The notes under the pieces were generated by a model. That model saw only the letters and a list, made by a program, of their open reading frames with translations. It did no database searches and was not told the DNA's origin. The translations under genes were made by a program, and so were the position numbers. A stretch of 64,000 nucleotides of DNA from Entomortierella parvispora E1425 (Eukaryota; Fungi; Mortierellomycota), in assembly GCA_020891255.1 (NCBI GenBank), contig BQFW01000004.1, forward strand, positions 2,232,001 through 2,296,000, given 5' to 3'. Numbering within the stretch: the first letter of the stretch is position 1; each line of letters starts with the position of its first letter. This document shows, in pieces, positions 1 through 12,017 of this stretch.

Positions 1-2875
1 CAGCAACAGCAACAGCAACAACAACACCAATACCACCACCACCCGTTGCATCCTCCTACCTCATGCCACCATACCCGCACGCGTCAACGCGATCTCTGTT
101 CGTCTTCGTCTTCTTGTCTCTTGCATACCTCCAGTCATAACAACTCGCTCGCATCTCCTTCACCTGCAGAAGTCGCCGCAGCCACGACGGCAGCATCTTC
201 GTCAATACCATCAGCAGCAAGTTCTTCTACTGCAGCTGCAGGAGGTGCACACGTGTATGGGGGGCAGACTTCCTCTTCTGTCCCCGCTTGGACCTCGGAG
301 CTGCCTTGGATCGACCCTCATACCCAAGCGTCCTTTGTCGATCCAGCAGCAGCAACATCAACAGCATCCGGCCAGACGACCTCCACGACAACAGCAACGA
401 CGACGGCGTCCTTTTTTGACCAACCCTTTCAAAATACTCGACACAACTTTGTCTTTGCCCATGGAGCGTCTGGATTCGCAAAACACCCGGCCAAGGCACC
501 GACGTTGACTCCAGAAGAAGATCGAGCCTACTTGAGCGTTCAGGTCGGAGAGGATTCGTATTTCCGGAGGCATGATGCTCTAGGCGTAGCAGATGGAGTT
601 GGCGGATGGAGCGGTACCACAGGCAAGTCATCTTTTTCGGCCTTTCTTTCGGCCTTTTTTTTTTTTTTTTTTTTTTGCTCCAAAAAAAAAAAAGACCTTT
701 ATACATTGGACAAAGATCTTATCTATTCAGGACAAGACGGGACAGAACACAGATGAGATGGGCGAACCAGTTCTTTCGCTGCTGCAAGAACAGGGAAAAG
801 AAGGGAGATAGAAAATGACAAAGAGATGGGGGGACGGGGGGAAGTCGTTGGATTGTTTGGCTTTTTGTCTGCCCGCGTGTGTGTGCACGGAACAGGACAG
901 GGACAGGGGCAGGAGCAGGACAGGCCAAAAGGCAGGAAGCACGGGAGAGGAGAATGGACCCTTTTTTGCATTGTGAGGAGGACCTGCGCCCACTCTTGCT
1001 TCTGCTCCTCCACACGGACTTCTCAATTTGCAGGAAAAATCACCCGCACATCCAAAAGAAAAAAAAAGAAAAAAACTCCTTTCATCAACCGAGCGATAAG
1101 GAATCAAAAGAGAGAGAACGGGGCAAACGACAACAAAACGACGTCAACACGAGAGCGGCAGCGATAAGTGAGAAAGAGTAACACGCTATGTTTACGTTTG
1201 TGCGCGTCCTGCATGTTGTTCGTGGATGAGTGGGACACAACATCCATGGAAAAAAAGATGATGTGAAAAGGGGTGGAACGTCAGTAATCACTTCATTATT
1301 TTTTATTTTGTCTCTTTACTCTTTAATTTTACACTTGCACCAGAGGACCCAGGATGCAGGGCAGGGCAAGGAATGAAATGGCAATGGAGTGGGGAGAGAG
1401 ACAAGTCGGTGGTGGGTTGCAGCTGGTGTCAGATGGTACTACAAACAAGAAGGAAAACAATAATGCAAAGGCGCAGTATCGAGACAAGCTTGCACCACCT
1501 CAACGGACATTAGACTGGAACAAAGGGAACAATGGGAACAAACAACAAAAAAATACGCCCAAAGCCCCACTTGCTTACCTCCCTTTTCCCTTCCACGGGG
1601 AACGCGTGCAGCTGACAAAGGGTCTAACCAAAACTTTTCATCTTTTTTTTGTATTCCTCTAGGTGCCAACCCTGCGCTGTACTCGCGCAAGCTGATGCAC
1701 TATGCCTTTTTGGAACTGGAAAAGTACGACAACATTGAGGAGGACGCGTTTTACGATTACTTTAATGTCAACCCCGTCCACATTTTGCAAAAAAGTTATG
1801 AGCAGAGTGCTCGGGATGCCAAGAAGGAGGTATGTTTTTTTTTTTGACGCCATATGATACCATAGTGAAAGAGGACCCTGAAAACAGAAAAAAAAACTAA
1901 TGGCTCTCTTTTTTTTTTCTCCAGGGCCTAATTGGATCTTCAACAGCATGTCTGGCCATCCTTCGGGATGACGAACTTCGGATTGCCAACCTGGGCGACT
2001 GTGGCGTGAGCATCATTCGCAGGAACGAATTTATTTTTCGGACAGAGGAGCAACAACATTCTTTCAATTACCCTTATCAACTCGGCACCGGCAGTACAGA
2101 TTCTCCTGCAGATGCGCAGGTGTTTACCGTCAAGGTCGAAAGTGGCGATATCGTCGTCATGGGCACGGACGGGATCTTTGACAACTTGTTTGATGAAGAT
2201 ATTCTGGAAGAGGTCGTCCGTTGTGTGAATGGCTCGGATGCCATCACGAACCAGAGCCCCTACGGGACCGGTAAACCCGTCACTTCAACGTTGCTTTCAG
2301 GGAAGGGACTCTGGAGTGGCTTGACGAGCGGTGCTGCCAAATTGGCCTCGTCTTCGTCTTCGACCATCGCCGCCATGGCCGGAGGGAAAGCCTCCAATGC
2401 CTCGGAACCACCCGTGCAACCGTGCTCGACCGAGGAGAATGAATCCTTGGCCTCGCTTTTGCAAGGGACCGATGGATCAGAGCCAACCCCCACCGCCCAT
2501 ACAGAAACAGAATCGTCCGATCCTTCTGCTACAGAACTGTCCCCCATTGCTTTGGCCGCCGTAGCCGCAGCAGAGTCCAGCGGCCTGCATCCCTCGGCAT
2601 CTCTCTACCCTCACGCCACACTGGCTTCGCTCACGGCCCAGGCAGAGGCGTTGGCACGGAAACAATATGAGCGCAAGATTCCAGAACCAAGTGTCATCAG
2701 CGATGCCCTGGCCAAGCGGGCCAAGAATGTCAGTGAGGATACCCGGCATCATGGCAGTCCCTTCCAAAGTCGCGCCATGCAAGAGGGTCTTTACTACCAA
2801 GGAGGCAAACAGGACGACATGAGTGTCTTGGTCGCCATCATCAAGGTCGCAGAAGATTCTCCAGACAGGAGGTGA
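1..2875 (+). CDS. PTC7: PP2C-family protein phosphatase, PTC7/PPTC7-like (5' end outside window)
   Basis: Exons <1..622, 1663..1829, 1925..2875. The join gives the PTC7 motifs GEDSYF, ALGVADGVGGW, GANPALYSRKLM, GSSTAC, ANLGDCG, QQHSFNYPYQLG, MGTDGIFDNLF and GGKQDDMSVLV. Intron 1 (623..1662) is GC-AG; intron 2 is GT-AG. The frame is open from base 1 (Q/H/S/T-rich N-terminus). Confidence 0.92.
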
Positions 2876-2941
2876 AGAAAAAAAGTAATAATAAAAAAAA
2901 CCTCCCTTTTCAAACTATGCAAAAAAATTGTCTCTACATCT

Positions 2942-5900
2942 TTATTGATGCCAGTCCAAGGATTGTAGGTACGCAAGGACATGGCCGATCATATGAACAG
3001 TTGCACATTTGCCCTTGTCCGGACTGGAAGGACCATGCTCCAGACACGTTGCTGACTCTCTTTCTCGATCTAGACAGTTCGTGCTTGTCAAAATCTCTCG
3101 CTCCGCGGCCGACATTCCCATTGTCTCCTGTTGCTGATGCAGCCATCCTTCCACCAACCTCTCCAGTCCTACGGCCTTTGTGACCAACCCGATCTGCTGT
3201 CCATGGTCGAGTCTCATGAACTGCTGCAGCAAATTTCCATCGACGGTGCAAATCATCGGTGAGGAAAGACTCCGATATCGATCGTGCTGGTTGCCCAAAA
3301 GCGGCCGTCCTTCGTAGGTGGTTTGCATGACTGTCTGAAGTGCATGCAGGATTGGATAGAGACTGGACCGCAGACGCCAAAACCCAACAAGACTTCCAAT
3401 CAAGGAACCCCCGATCAGAGCTTGAGGTGCAGTGCGGAGATGTAAAGACGAGGAGGATGCTTGGGTCAGTGCCTGTGAAGAGGCAAAGGATTCTTCGGGC
3501 AATGTCCACGGTAAAAGAACCCATCGATCCAAGCTGAGTTGAGTTGACTCTATAGAAGCATGGCCTGTTTGACTCGTAGCGGTAATAGCACTCGAGAACC
3601 CAGTCTGAGAGATGCTGCTCTCCTCTCCGACGGCAGTTTGATGTTGTGAAAGGGCGACACCCTTCATGGATCGTTCTTCTGCAGGCCAGAGCTTTGTCAA
3701 TCGAATGCGGTTCATGACCTCACCGACATGGATCGAGAATCGGTCCACGAGCGTATGTTGACAATTGGGATCCTCAGGCGAGTAGCCAATTCCGAAAATT
3801 CCGCCTGACAAGTCGACCCCTACTGCGAATTCAGGTGATAGAGCCAAACAGTCCGACACTATACGCATCGACCGGGCACTGGAAATCCATATAGAAAGAA
3901 GAACGGTCAAAAAACAATGCTCAGCTTTCCTGTCGATACATAAAGGCCGCCCCGAATTAAGGCATTACTCTCACCTCTTGATAAACCGAATCCTGTCGGC
4001 GCTTCGTTCTCCGGCAGTAGCTGCCTGATACTCGTAAAAGCAAATAGCTTCTCGTCTGGACCCAGTGCAAATCATGGATCCGCTTGATGAAATCTGAACA
4101 ATTGGCCACCGCTCACGATAGATTGCCTTTTCAACCAGTCTACAACGGGAATGAGAAGGTCCGTGTTAGGTATATCAATCACCTCATAGTGTAAGCGATG
4201 TTTCTACTCCCTTACGTCTTGTTTTCTAGATCCAGCCCCATTAGTTTCAAGGTGGAGCCATTCGAGATAAGAATTTTCCTAAATGAGATCAGTGAATGCT
4301 GGTTTAGTACAAATCTCGTCCATGAGAAATTTTCGCGTTATCAGGCAAAGCAAGTGTAATTACATGTCGATGAACGTAGAGATTGCAAACACAGGGGCCG
4401 GCATCGACATTGCCCACCGCAGCTCCATCTCTACTTTTCTGAACTTTCGGTCTCCCTTCTATCAGAGGTTATAAAAAAAAGGAGGCATGAAATGGTCAGC
4501 CTTCTTTCCATGGCAGAACTTCAATACTTAAATGAAGTGTAAAACATGGAACTTATCAACGAACCTTGGATTGTTTGACGGAAAAAATTACTAGTCGACC
4601 ATGCTTGGGTGCTGCTGCTGATATCTCAGTACCTGTTGGTGAAAACAAACCTGTGCCAATACAAATATACACTGCATCCGACTTGTTTGGTCGAGGGATC
4701 TTCCATTCTATTCAACGATTAAACGTCCATATTAGTCGGGGCATGATTCTACTGCTAAGCAACCATGAAGATGAAAAGGCTGCAACTAGCCTGGTCCGTA
4801 CCTGCCATTGAAAACACAGCCTCGCCCTGCTTCAAGCTGGTTTCACACACAACATGTTGTTTTTCTAGTCCAGGCTCGTTGGATGCTCTACTCCATGTGA
4901 AAGAATTTTTTTTTAGCAAAACACGCTTTAAATTGCCCCCATCTCCTCAAAAGCAAGTGGCCTACCTTTCTGGATCCACTAGCTGGAGCGTAGTCTCTGC
5001 AAACGGGAAACCATCCCCAACTGTAGCCACGAGCAAAAGCTTCTTTGATGTGATATCGAGGATTCTCCTCGGTGTCTATAGTAGAGGCCATAAACGCCGT
5101 AAAGTGCAATGGTTAGCGGCCAAGTTCCGACTACATTGGAAACACAGTCATGGTCCTTCAAGATTGAGTTCCTCTACCTGGCCCAATGACAAAGTCTGAT
5201 AATTATAGGGACTTGATCCTTGCAACGTTATAAGTTGCATGTCATGGTCCACAATGCAGACGAAGCAAGGGTGTGATGATTGCTCTTGGACACTCGTTTG
5301 AAAAGCGCTTGCTTGAGAAATCTAGAGGTGATTTGCGTTACCATTCAAGGAGATTTTAGTAACTGACTGACGAGGAGACCTTGCGATAAAGGAAGAAGTC
5401 TTACCTCGTCATCAAAGAGTACACTCTGAATTTCGAATGTGTCTTTCAGCTCTGCCTGCCACAGTCTGTCAGAATAGATGAGTACCCTAGAGCACCTTCC
5501 CTGATTGGCCATTGCAAATCGAACAGGCAATATCCCCAACTTGAACAAACGCGGGTTCGATAACACACGAGATGGAGCAGTGCTCGAGTCTGCAGGTCCG
5601 TTCCAGTCGTAGGAAATGATGCTTCCATCGCGTAGTCCGACCGCGACCTTGCGCTTATTATCATTGTCAGTCAATACACATATCGAATGAGGGATCGTCA
5701 CGCTTTCGAGTCCTGCTTGAGCTATATTACCGAAACGAAAATCAACATAGTGTTAGAGACCTTTCAAGATCCAGGTCAGCATTTTAAAAATAACAGTAGC
5801 TCTTACCTAGTGACTCTGTGTAAACATCTCGGATCTGATCTTTGGTTATCTGAAAGACCAAAATACTTGGCTCTAATGAACCCACGCAGCAATACTGGAG

Positions 5901-8814
5901 CGATGGCCGGGGAGACGGCGAGGAAGACTGTCCTGCAGTCTCAACCTGCCAGCAATGGATCGTCGTCGGCTCTGCAGACAGTGACCTCGTTGCAATAACT
6001 TTTAATTCCAGGACCGAATTGGACCCTTCTTCCACAGAGCTGGCCAACTTTAGCAGTACCAGGCTGCTGGATCCGGCCGAAATTTGACCGATCATCAAAA
6101 TGCCCTCATTGACCCAACAGGCAGAAGCCACTACACTATCGTTCGATTGCCACGAGCATTTCAAATCTAATGGAAGGATTGCTTCGTTAGGTTTATGGCA
6201 TATATCACGGGAAAATGGAAAATGTCGGACCAAAAAAAAAAAAAAAAAAAAAAAGGCTGTTTTTTTGAACCCACCTGTGCCAGGCTGGACAGCAATGACT
6301 CCACCTCGATGTACTTGAAATAGAATCTGGTCCTTGAGACGACCTGCCTCCAAAGTGTCCAGAGTTAGGTCAAAGCCAACAGACTCACTCACATCTTCAA
6401 GACTGCCTATTCCCAGAAAAGGGTAGATCGATGCTTTTCTGTTAGTCCAAGATGGTTCGTTTCATTATCGCAGCAGCATCCTTGCCAGCAGGAAAATATA
6501 CGCCGCCGGCGGACAGAAAGAATGCTCACCTCCTAGTCCACTCCTCATGATTTTCGTTTGTTGGATGAAAGATGTCACAATAAAAGTATCAAACTCGTCC
6601 GTCGCAGATTCTTTGACGCTCCAAAGGCCAGTTGCCCCCGCAAAAAAATTGTCGCCACTGCTGCCTGTGCTTTCAACTGTGATCCCAGACCGGATTCGTT
6701 TGATTGAGCCCTCTTCTTTCATTCCTGAACAGACAAAAAGAGCGTCTCGGCCAGGGAAAGAAGGTTCCCTTGCACAAAAGTCCAGAACCGGAGAGGTATT
6801 CTGAAGTTCTGTGATGGCAAACAGGTCGATCCCGTCTTCTTCCTCCTTGACAGCCAGGATTCCTCCGTCTCCTTGATCGTTTGAATATAGTAGATAGTCT
6901 GTATTCAGAATGATGTCCTGGTTCGTGTCGCCCATGATCGGCTCCGTTTTCAGCTGTGCCCTTGCCAACACGAACAGAACTTCTCCCACGGGTCGATCAC
7001 CAGTGATGAGTTCAAAGTTCATGCCGTACGTCAAATGTTGAATATTGATTCTGTAGAGCTCGGCAGTATCGCTTCCCAAATACAGGGTTTGGTCGCTCAA
7101 GGGGATCTGGGATCGTGGAGGCGTTGCGCATGCAGATATCAGTGGGTATGGGTTTCCAGCGCCCTCCTCACCTTTACTAGTCAAGTCTCTTTTCATGAGC
7201 TTTAGAGAGTCGTGGTGCTTGTGTTTCAAAGAATTCGTTGGAGAGGCTCCCCTTTCAACCGTGACAAGTGTAATTTTCTCCTCCTACATGACAAAAACCA
7301 AAATTGTGGTCATTAACAGGAATAACAAAGGAAGATGACCCTCTCATCCTGTAGGAACATTTCAGGTCAATATCAACCTTACATCGATGTAGACTAATGA
7401 GCAAGGGAGGTTTGGGAGTGCCTTGATATGAAGAACGGATTGCATAGGGTCTAGTCGGATAGGGCTGGTTCCGATTTTGATGGACAATGGTCCTGCCAAG
7501 TGGTTGTGGAGTCCAATATGAAAGGTGGCAATGTGGTATCGATCCGTTTCCTTGCTAAATGAGGACGAAATGTGAGAATGTTTAGCGATATGGGGTAATA
7601 GCACTCTGCCACATCGCATTTGCTTTTCCGACTTTACTTGAAGAATGCGACGGCAAGAATGGCGTGATCCTCGGCGTCATAAGGGTCAGCAGTTAAGAAC
7701 TCCATGCCCACGATAGTCCCGTTTAAATCAATGGCTGATATCTAGAAGAAAAGGAGACTGTTAGAACCTGAGAAAACGCTTCAGATCTCTACAGCCGCTC
7801 AATTATCTACGAACCCTTTCTACAGGGTCGAACTGTGAGCGTTTGGTGCCTCGAAGAATGACCAACTTGATATGATTCTGAAGAGCAGAAATAGCCATGA
7901 CGCGTGAACTATAAGAACAAAAAGGTCAGTAAGGATCCAGTCGCCCTACATCCAGGGTCCTTCTCTGACATTTCCCTCGTGGATTGGTCACATACGTGGG
8001 GTCGATGGCAATCTTTGCTCCTGCCTCTGTATATCCAGACCCTGGCTCTGCAATTTCAACCTAATATTTGAACAATAATAAGCAGACGTTCATTTTTTTA
8101 TGCCCTCATCATCTTTGCTGTATTACCTCCTTCAGGATGTAAAAGTTGCCGCGACTATAGCTCTTGTCATCAAACTGAAATGTGACAAACGACAACACGC
8201 CCGAGTCCGAGGTCGCCACAAGGACGGTCGGGGAGGCTGACTTCGGTAAATACCCGAGACGGGGTCGATCCCAAGAATGTTTTGATGAAATGATATCTGG
8301 ATCCTGATCCACATCCATAGCATCGTCTGTGGATTCCTCGATATCTTCCGGTTCAAATGTACAATAAAGTGTCCTTAGGTCCTTGATCTTTCCAAAGACA
8401 GCCTGTTCGTGCACAAGCTGTAGAGATCCAGAGGGTCGTCCAGTGTCATCGGCCTCCTCCGCCACAAACTTGTGCAGTGAGAGGAATGTCCCCTAAAAAA
8501 ACCAGTATTTGGTATAATAAAGGCTGTCAGCTTATCACCCATCATCCTGTTTACTTTTTCCGAGGAAGCATCCCAAGGGTGACGCGTTTTCATCTTCATT
8601 TTTTTCTGAGGATAAGAAGAGTTGAGCTGACCTTGCCAAAGACAATGTCGACGTTGGGCTCTTGAGGGTCCTCGGCGACATCTTTCGGACGGCGGGTCCA
8701 GTCAACAATGCATGCTTGGTGAATGGCACTCGGGGGTTGGAGGTGCCTGGTGTAGACCCTCACGTTGGCATAGTCCTGGTCGGGGTCCATTGAGTGCATA
8801 GGCTTGACGAGCAT
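2942..8814 (-). CDS. DDB1/Rse1/CPSF160-superfamily three-beta-propeller protein (MMS1_N plus CPSF_A-like domains; Mms1-like)
   Basis: About 18 GT-AG exons join in frame. Motifs: VYTRHLQPPSAIHQA..DIVFGK|GTFLSL, LVHEQAVFGKIKDLRTL, GAKIAIDPTSRVMAISA, LQNTSPVLDF..ALFVCSGMKEEGSIKRIRSG, GFDLTLDTLEAG, VAVGLRDGSII, TPRRILDI, GRLVIF, FSIHVGEVMNRI. Stop at 2942-2944. The start could also be the downstream ATG (MDPDQDY). Confidence 0.8.
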
Positions 8815-8873
8815 TCATGCAAAAGAGTCCGCGTGCTTTCACCGTGCAATGCTGGCGCATGCGCTGAGCACTC

Positions 8874-8883
8874 ATCACGTGAC
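8874..8883. promoter_or_regulatory. E-box / Cbf1-USF-type bHLH site (ATCACGTGAC)
   Basis: Core TCACGTGA, about 60 bp upstream of the ATG at 8814. Confidence 0.4.
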
Positions 8884-9056
8884 ACCAAGCCACTATAAAG
8901 TTGGTGGCAAACTCATGGTCTTGTTCTTTGGATGCAATAATGTTATCATTTGTTTTATTGGTATGAGGGTGACAGGGAAGGCTGGGTGGATATGGGAGCA
9001 AAAAAAAGGCAGGGAAAGAACGAAAAAAGAGCAAGAAAGAGAATAACTTTTTTTCT

Positions 9057-10854
9057 TTAAGCGTACTTGTTCTTGAGAACAACAGCGCCTGCAACCACGG
9101 CCGCAGCCGTCAAGACAGTGCCGCTGGTACCAGCCAACACACCGGCCTTGAGTCTTGCAACCTCGGCGGTGGATCCTGGGTACAAGCTCTCGGCCACCTG
9201 CTCAATCTCGCCGCAGGCAATGCCAATGTCGATGAAGTGGGGGTCCAAGGGGTTGGACTTGTTGTTGATCTCGCGGGCATAGATCCTGAAGATGGCAGCG
9301 ACGGCGTCGATACTTGTGCACTCCTTCATCAACCAAACAGTCTCACCCTTACGGATCTTGATGTTCTCGTGGGTGAAAATCATGTAGTTGTTATGGAGCA
9401 TCTTGAGCGTTGCAATGGCCATGACCTGGGGAATGGCACAGAACTTGAAGCAGGAGGGGTTCTTGATCATGTTCAAGTACTCCAAAACGTCCTTCATGTG
9501 CTTCATGGCATTGTGCACCATATGGCTCAAGCACTGCAACGCCTTCTCCTTGTTCTCGGGCTTGACGAGATCCTCCATCGACTCGGCGTATTGACCCCAG
9601 ATCTCCTTGGGCCAGAAGAAACGCTTGTCGCGCAAGTCCTCCAGGTAATCACGGGTGATGTTTGTCTTTTGCAAGAAGAGTCCCATCGAGTTGGACAAGT
9701 CCTTCCTCTTTGCAACCATAGGTGCTATTGTTTAATGACAGAAAAAAAAAGACCGCGGATTAGATGCTGCCCTTTTGCTTCTTCAAGGGTTCTATTCTGG
9801 CAGAACCGCTTTCTCACTTTTCCTGTCTACTGATCCTTGACTTACATTCAAATCCACAGGCACTGAACATGTCGCTCAGTCCCAACCCGACAAGACCGGC
9901 AACGTAATGGCAGTACTCGTCATAGTCCGCAATGGTGTTGACACAGATTCCAGCGGTGGCGTAGTGGGCCATACCATCACCCATGCGCTTGGTGATATCA
10001 GCAATAATGGTCTGGTAGGCAGGCTTCAGCTTCAAGAAAGCGTCAATCACAACATCAAACTCGACCAACAACTGACGGTCCTTCTCGTTGGGTCCGTCTA
10101 GAGAAAAAGAATTGCAACAGGTTAGTCCCATTGTAATAAAAAAACAAGACGATCCAAGCGCAGAAGGAACAATCCTGCCCAATGAATAAGAGTCCAAATC
10201 TGGAAATACGCACTCTTTGTGAAGGTCCATCCCTTCTTGTAAATAATCTCGTTGAATGTCTTCAAGTATGGGAGCTTGATATCGAGATCAAGAGTCATGT
10301 CGTCCTCTAGATCGAACGAAAAAAAGAAAACGAAAAAAGTGTCGTCAGTCTCAAGAAGTCTTGCGGCCTGGAACTATCAACGACCGAACGCTTCATCCTG
10401 TTCATACCAATAGTGTCGAGTCCACGCAAAACAAGATAGAAAATGCAAATCTAAAAGGAATGAATGAACAAAGAGCAGGTCGTTTGTGAACAATCAGCTC
10501 ACTCTAGATAGGGTTACACGAAAGCATTCAAGTCTGCGACCCGTCCAGCAATGGAGGAGAGCTGGACAAGGGTCGTGATCCTGTCCTTCACTGTCCTTCG
10601 CTATGGTTGCGTCGAGCGAGAAATCAGGATCGATATTGGAACCCAAAGCAGGAACTTACGGCATCCTTGAGCTCCTCATCCAAATCCTGGATAACGGCGG
10701 CGAAACTACGCGAGGTCATGTTGAGGTGGTGGTAGAGACGCTCTCTGGATTTGTCATTGCTGTAGTCGTATTTAGTCTTTGGTGCGAGCTTGTACTGGAC
10801 CAAGGCGAGCACCTCGGAGGGGTGGAAGAGAGAAGCAAGAATAGCAGAGGCCAT
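9057..10854 (-). CDS. ERG9: Squalene synthase (farnesyl-diphosphate farnesyltransferase)
   Basis: Exons 10854..10660, 10450..10408, 10306..10214, 10097..9846, 9724..9057. Motifs: [71 protein letters not shown], and a C-terminal hydrophobic anchor [14 protein letters not shown]. Confidence 0.97.
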
Positions 10855-11378
10855 TGTGTGAGATGTATGCGGTATTAAGAGGAAGAAGGCAGCGATATAG
10901 AGGAAGAAGGAAGTAGGGAGAGAGAGGAGAGAGGAGAGCAAAGCAAGAGGGAGAGGACGAGAAGAGAGAGAGAGGTATGAATGAACGAACGAATGAATGA
11001 ACGGGAGAATGAACAGATGAGGATGAGATGGCGGAGAAGAGAGAAGGAAAGAAGAAAGGCCGCTCGACCTACAGACACGCAGAGACTGACTGAGACGGAA
11101 AAGAAACGAACCACGACAGGGACTGATCTGCTCTTCTTTTCCTTTTCCTGCTGTGGGAATCAATAGTATGGTCTGACCATATCTCCCCTCTCACGCCCTC
11201 TCTTCTCATTCTTCTCTACTGTCCCGTCCCTGAAATCACCCAGCCTTGCCCAGTTGCAATGTCTCCGCCACGCACAACAGCCATGTAAAAAAAAAAAAAA
11301 GAACAACAACTACACCCAGATCGAGTGTTGTCCGTTGGCCAATCATGGCCGCAGCAAAAATCAGGCCATTCAAAATAG

Positions 11379-11396
11379 CCACGTGACTTTGAGATC
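11379..11396 (-). promoter_or_regulatory. Extended E-box motif GATCTCAAAGTCACGTGG upstream of ERG9
   Basis: The GTCACGTG core (11380-11387) lies about 525 bp upstream of the ERG9 ATG. A near-identical copy is at 31861-31877. Confidence 0.45.
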
Positions 11397-11416
11397 CAAG
11401 AGTGCAAAAAGTAACG

Positions 11417-11489
11417 TGCCCTTGGCCGGATTTGAACCAGCGACCTCTTGTTTACAAGACAAACGCGATAACCCCTACGCTACAAGGGC
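11417..11489 (-). tRNA. tRNA-Thr (anticodon TGT), intronless
   Basis: The reverse complement GCCCTTGTAGCGTAGGGGTTATCGCGTTTGTCTTGTAAACAAGAGGTCGCTGGTTCAAATCCGGCCAAGGGCA folds as a cloverleaf: acceptor stem GCCCTTG/CAAGGGC, anticodon loop CT-TGT-AA, T-arm GCTGG-TTCAAAT-CCGGC. Length 73 nt. Confidence 0.95.
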
Positions 11490-11608
11490 GTCAAACCAAT
11501 CATATCAAGGTTTGAATTTTTTGTTTTCTAAATTTTTTCCACTATAAACTAATTGTGCGATATCAAACCCCTTAATCATACACCCTTAATCAAGAGGTCC
11601 GTGCGCAG

Positions 11609-12017
11609 CAGAGAATTCAGCTTGTGAGTATCAGGATGGCAACAATGGAGTCGGGATGACAAAAAAGGTTGAAAAAGGTTGAGCTTTCGCAAGTACTGTA
11701 CATCCATAATCAAGCGATTGAGTTGCCTTCGTACATTCAGGATGACTTGTTCAGGATGCGAAGAACGAATGAAGAGAGGACGAAGAGGACAATTGAGGAG
11801 GAGGAGGGCGTGCGTGCGAGACGCGAGAAAGGTGCGGGAAGGAAAGAACAGGGGACCCACTTTTCAAAAGCAGCCATAGCTGGTGCCTGAAACAGGGCAG
11901 CAAAAAAGAGCCCTGTGGGTTTCTGTCCGTTGCGCGCTGGTCTTCTTCTTCCCGTGATAGACAGACTGTCGTTGATTTCTGCCTTCTGGCGTGCCTGGCC
12001 ACAAGCTGAATTCTCTG
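11609..12017. repeat. Perfect 18-bp inverted repeat pair bounding a 409-bp segment (possible MITE or decayed element)
   Basis: CAGAGAATTCAGCTTGTG at 11609-11626 and its exact reverse complement CACAAGCTGAATTCTCTG at 12000-12017. No target-site duplication seen. The repeat is certain; an element origin is not. Confidence 0.6.

Noticed and set aside
636-662. TTCTTTCGGCCTTTT resembles the 5' end of U2 snRNA
   Set aside because: The similarity is only about 12 nt. There is no branch-recognition sequence or Sm site.
9057-10854. Terpene/sterol biosynthetic gene cluster around squalene synthase
   Set aside because: The neighbours are housekeeping genes. No cyclase, P450 or transferase is nearby.
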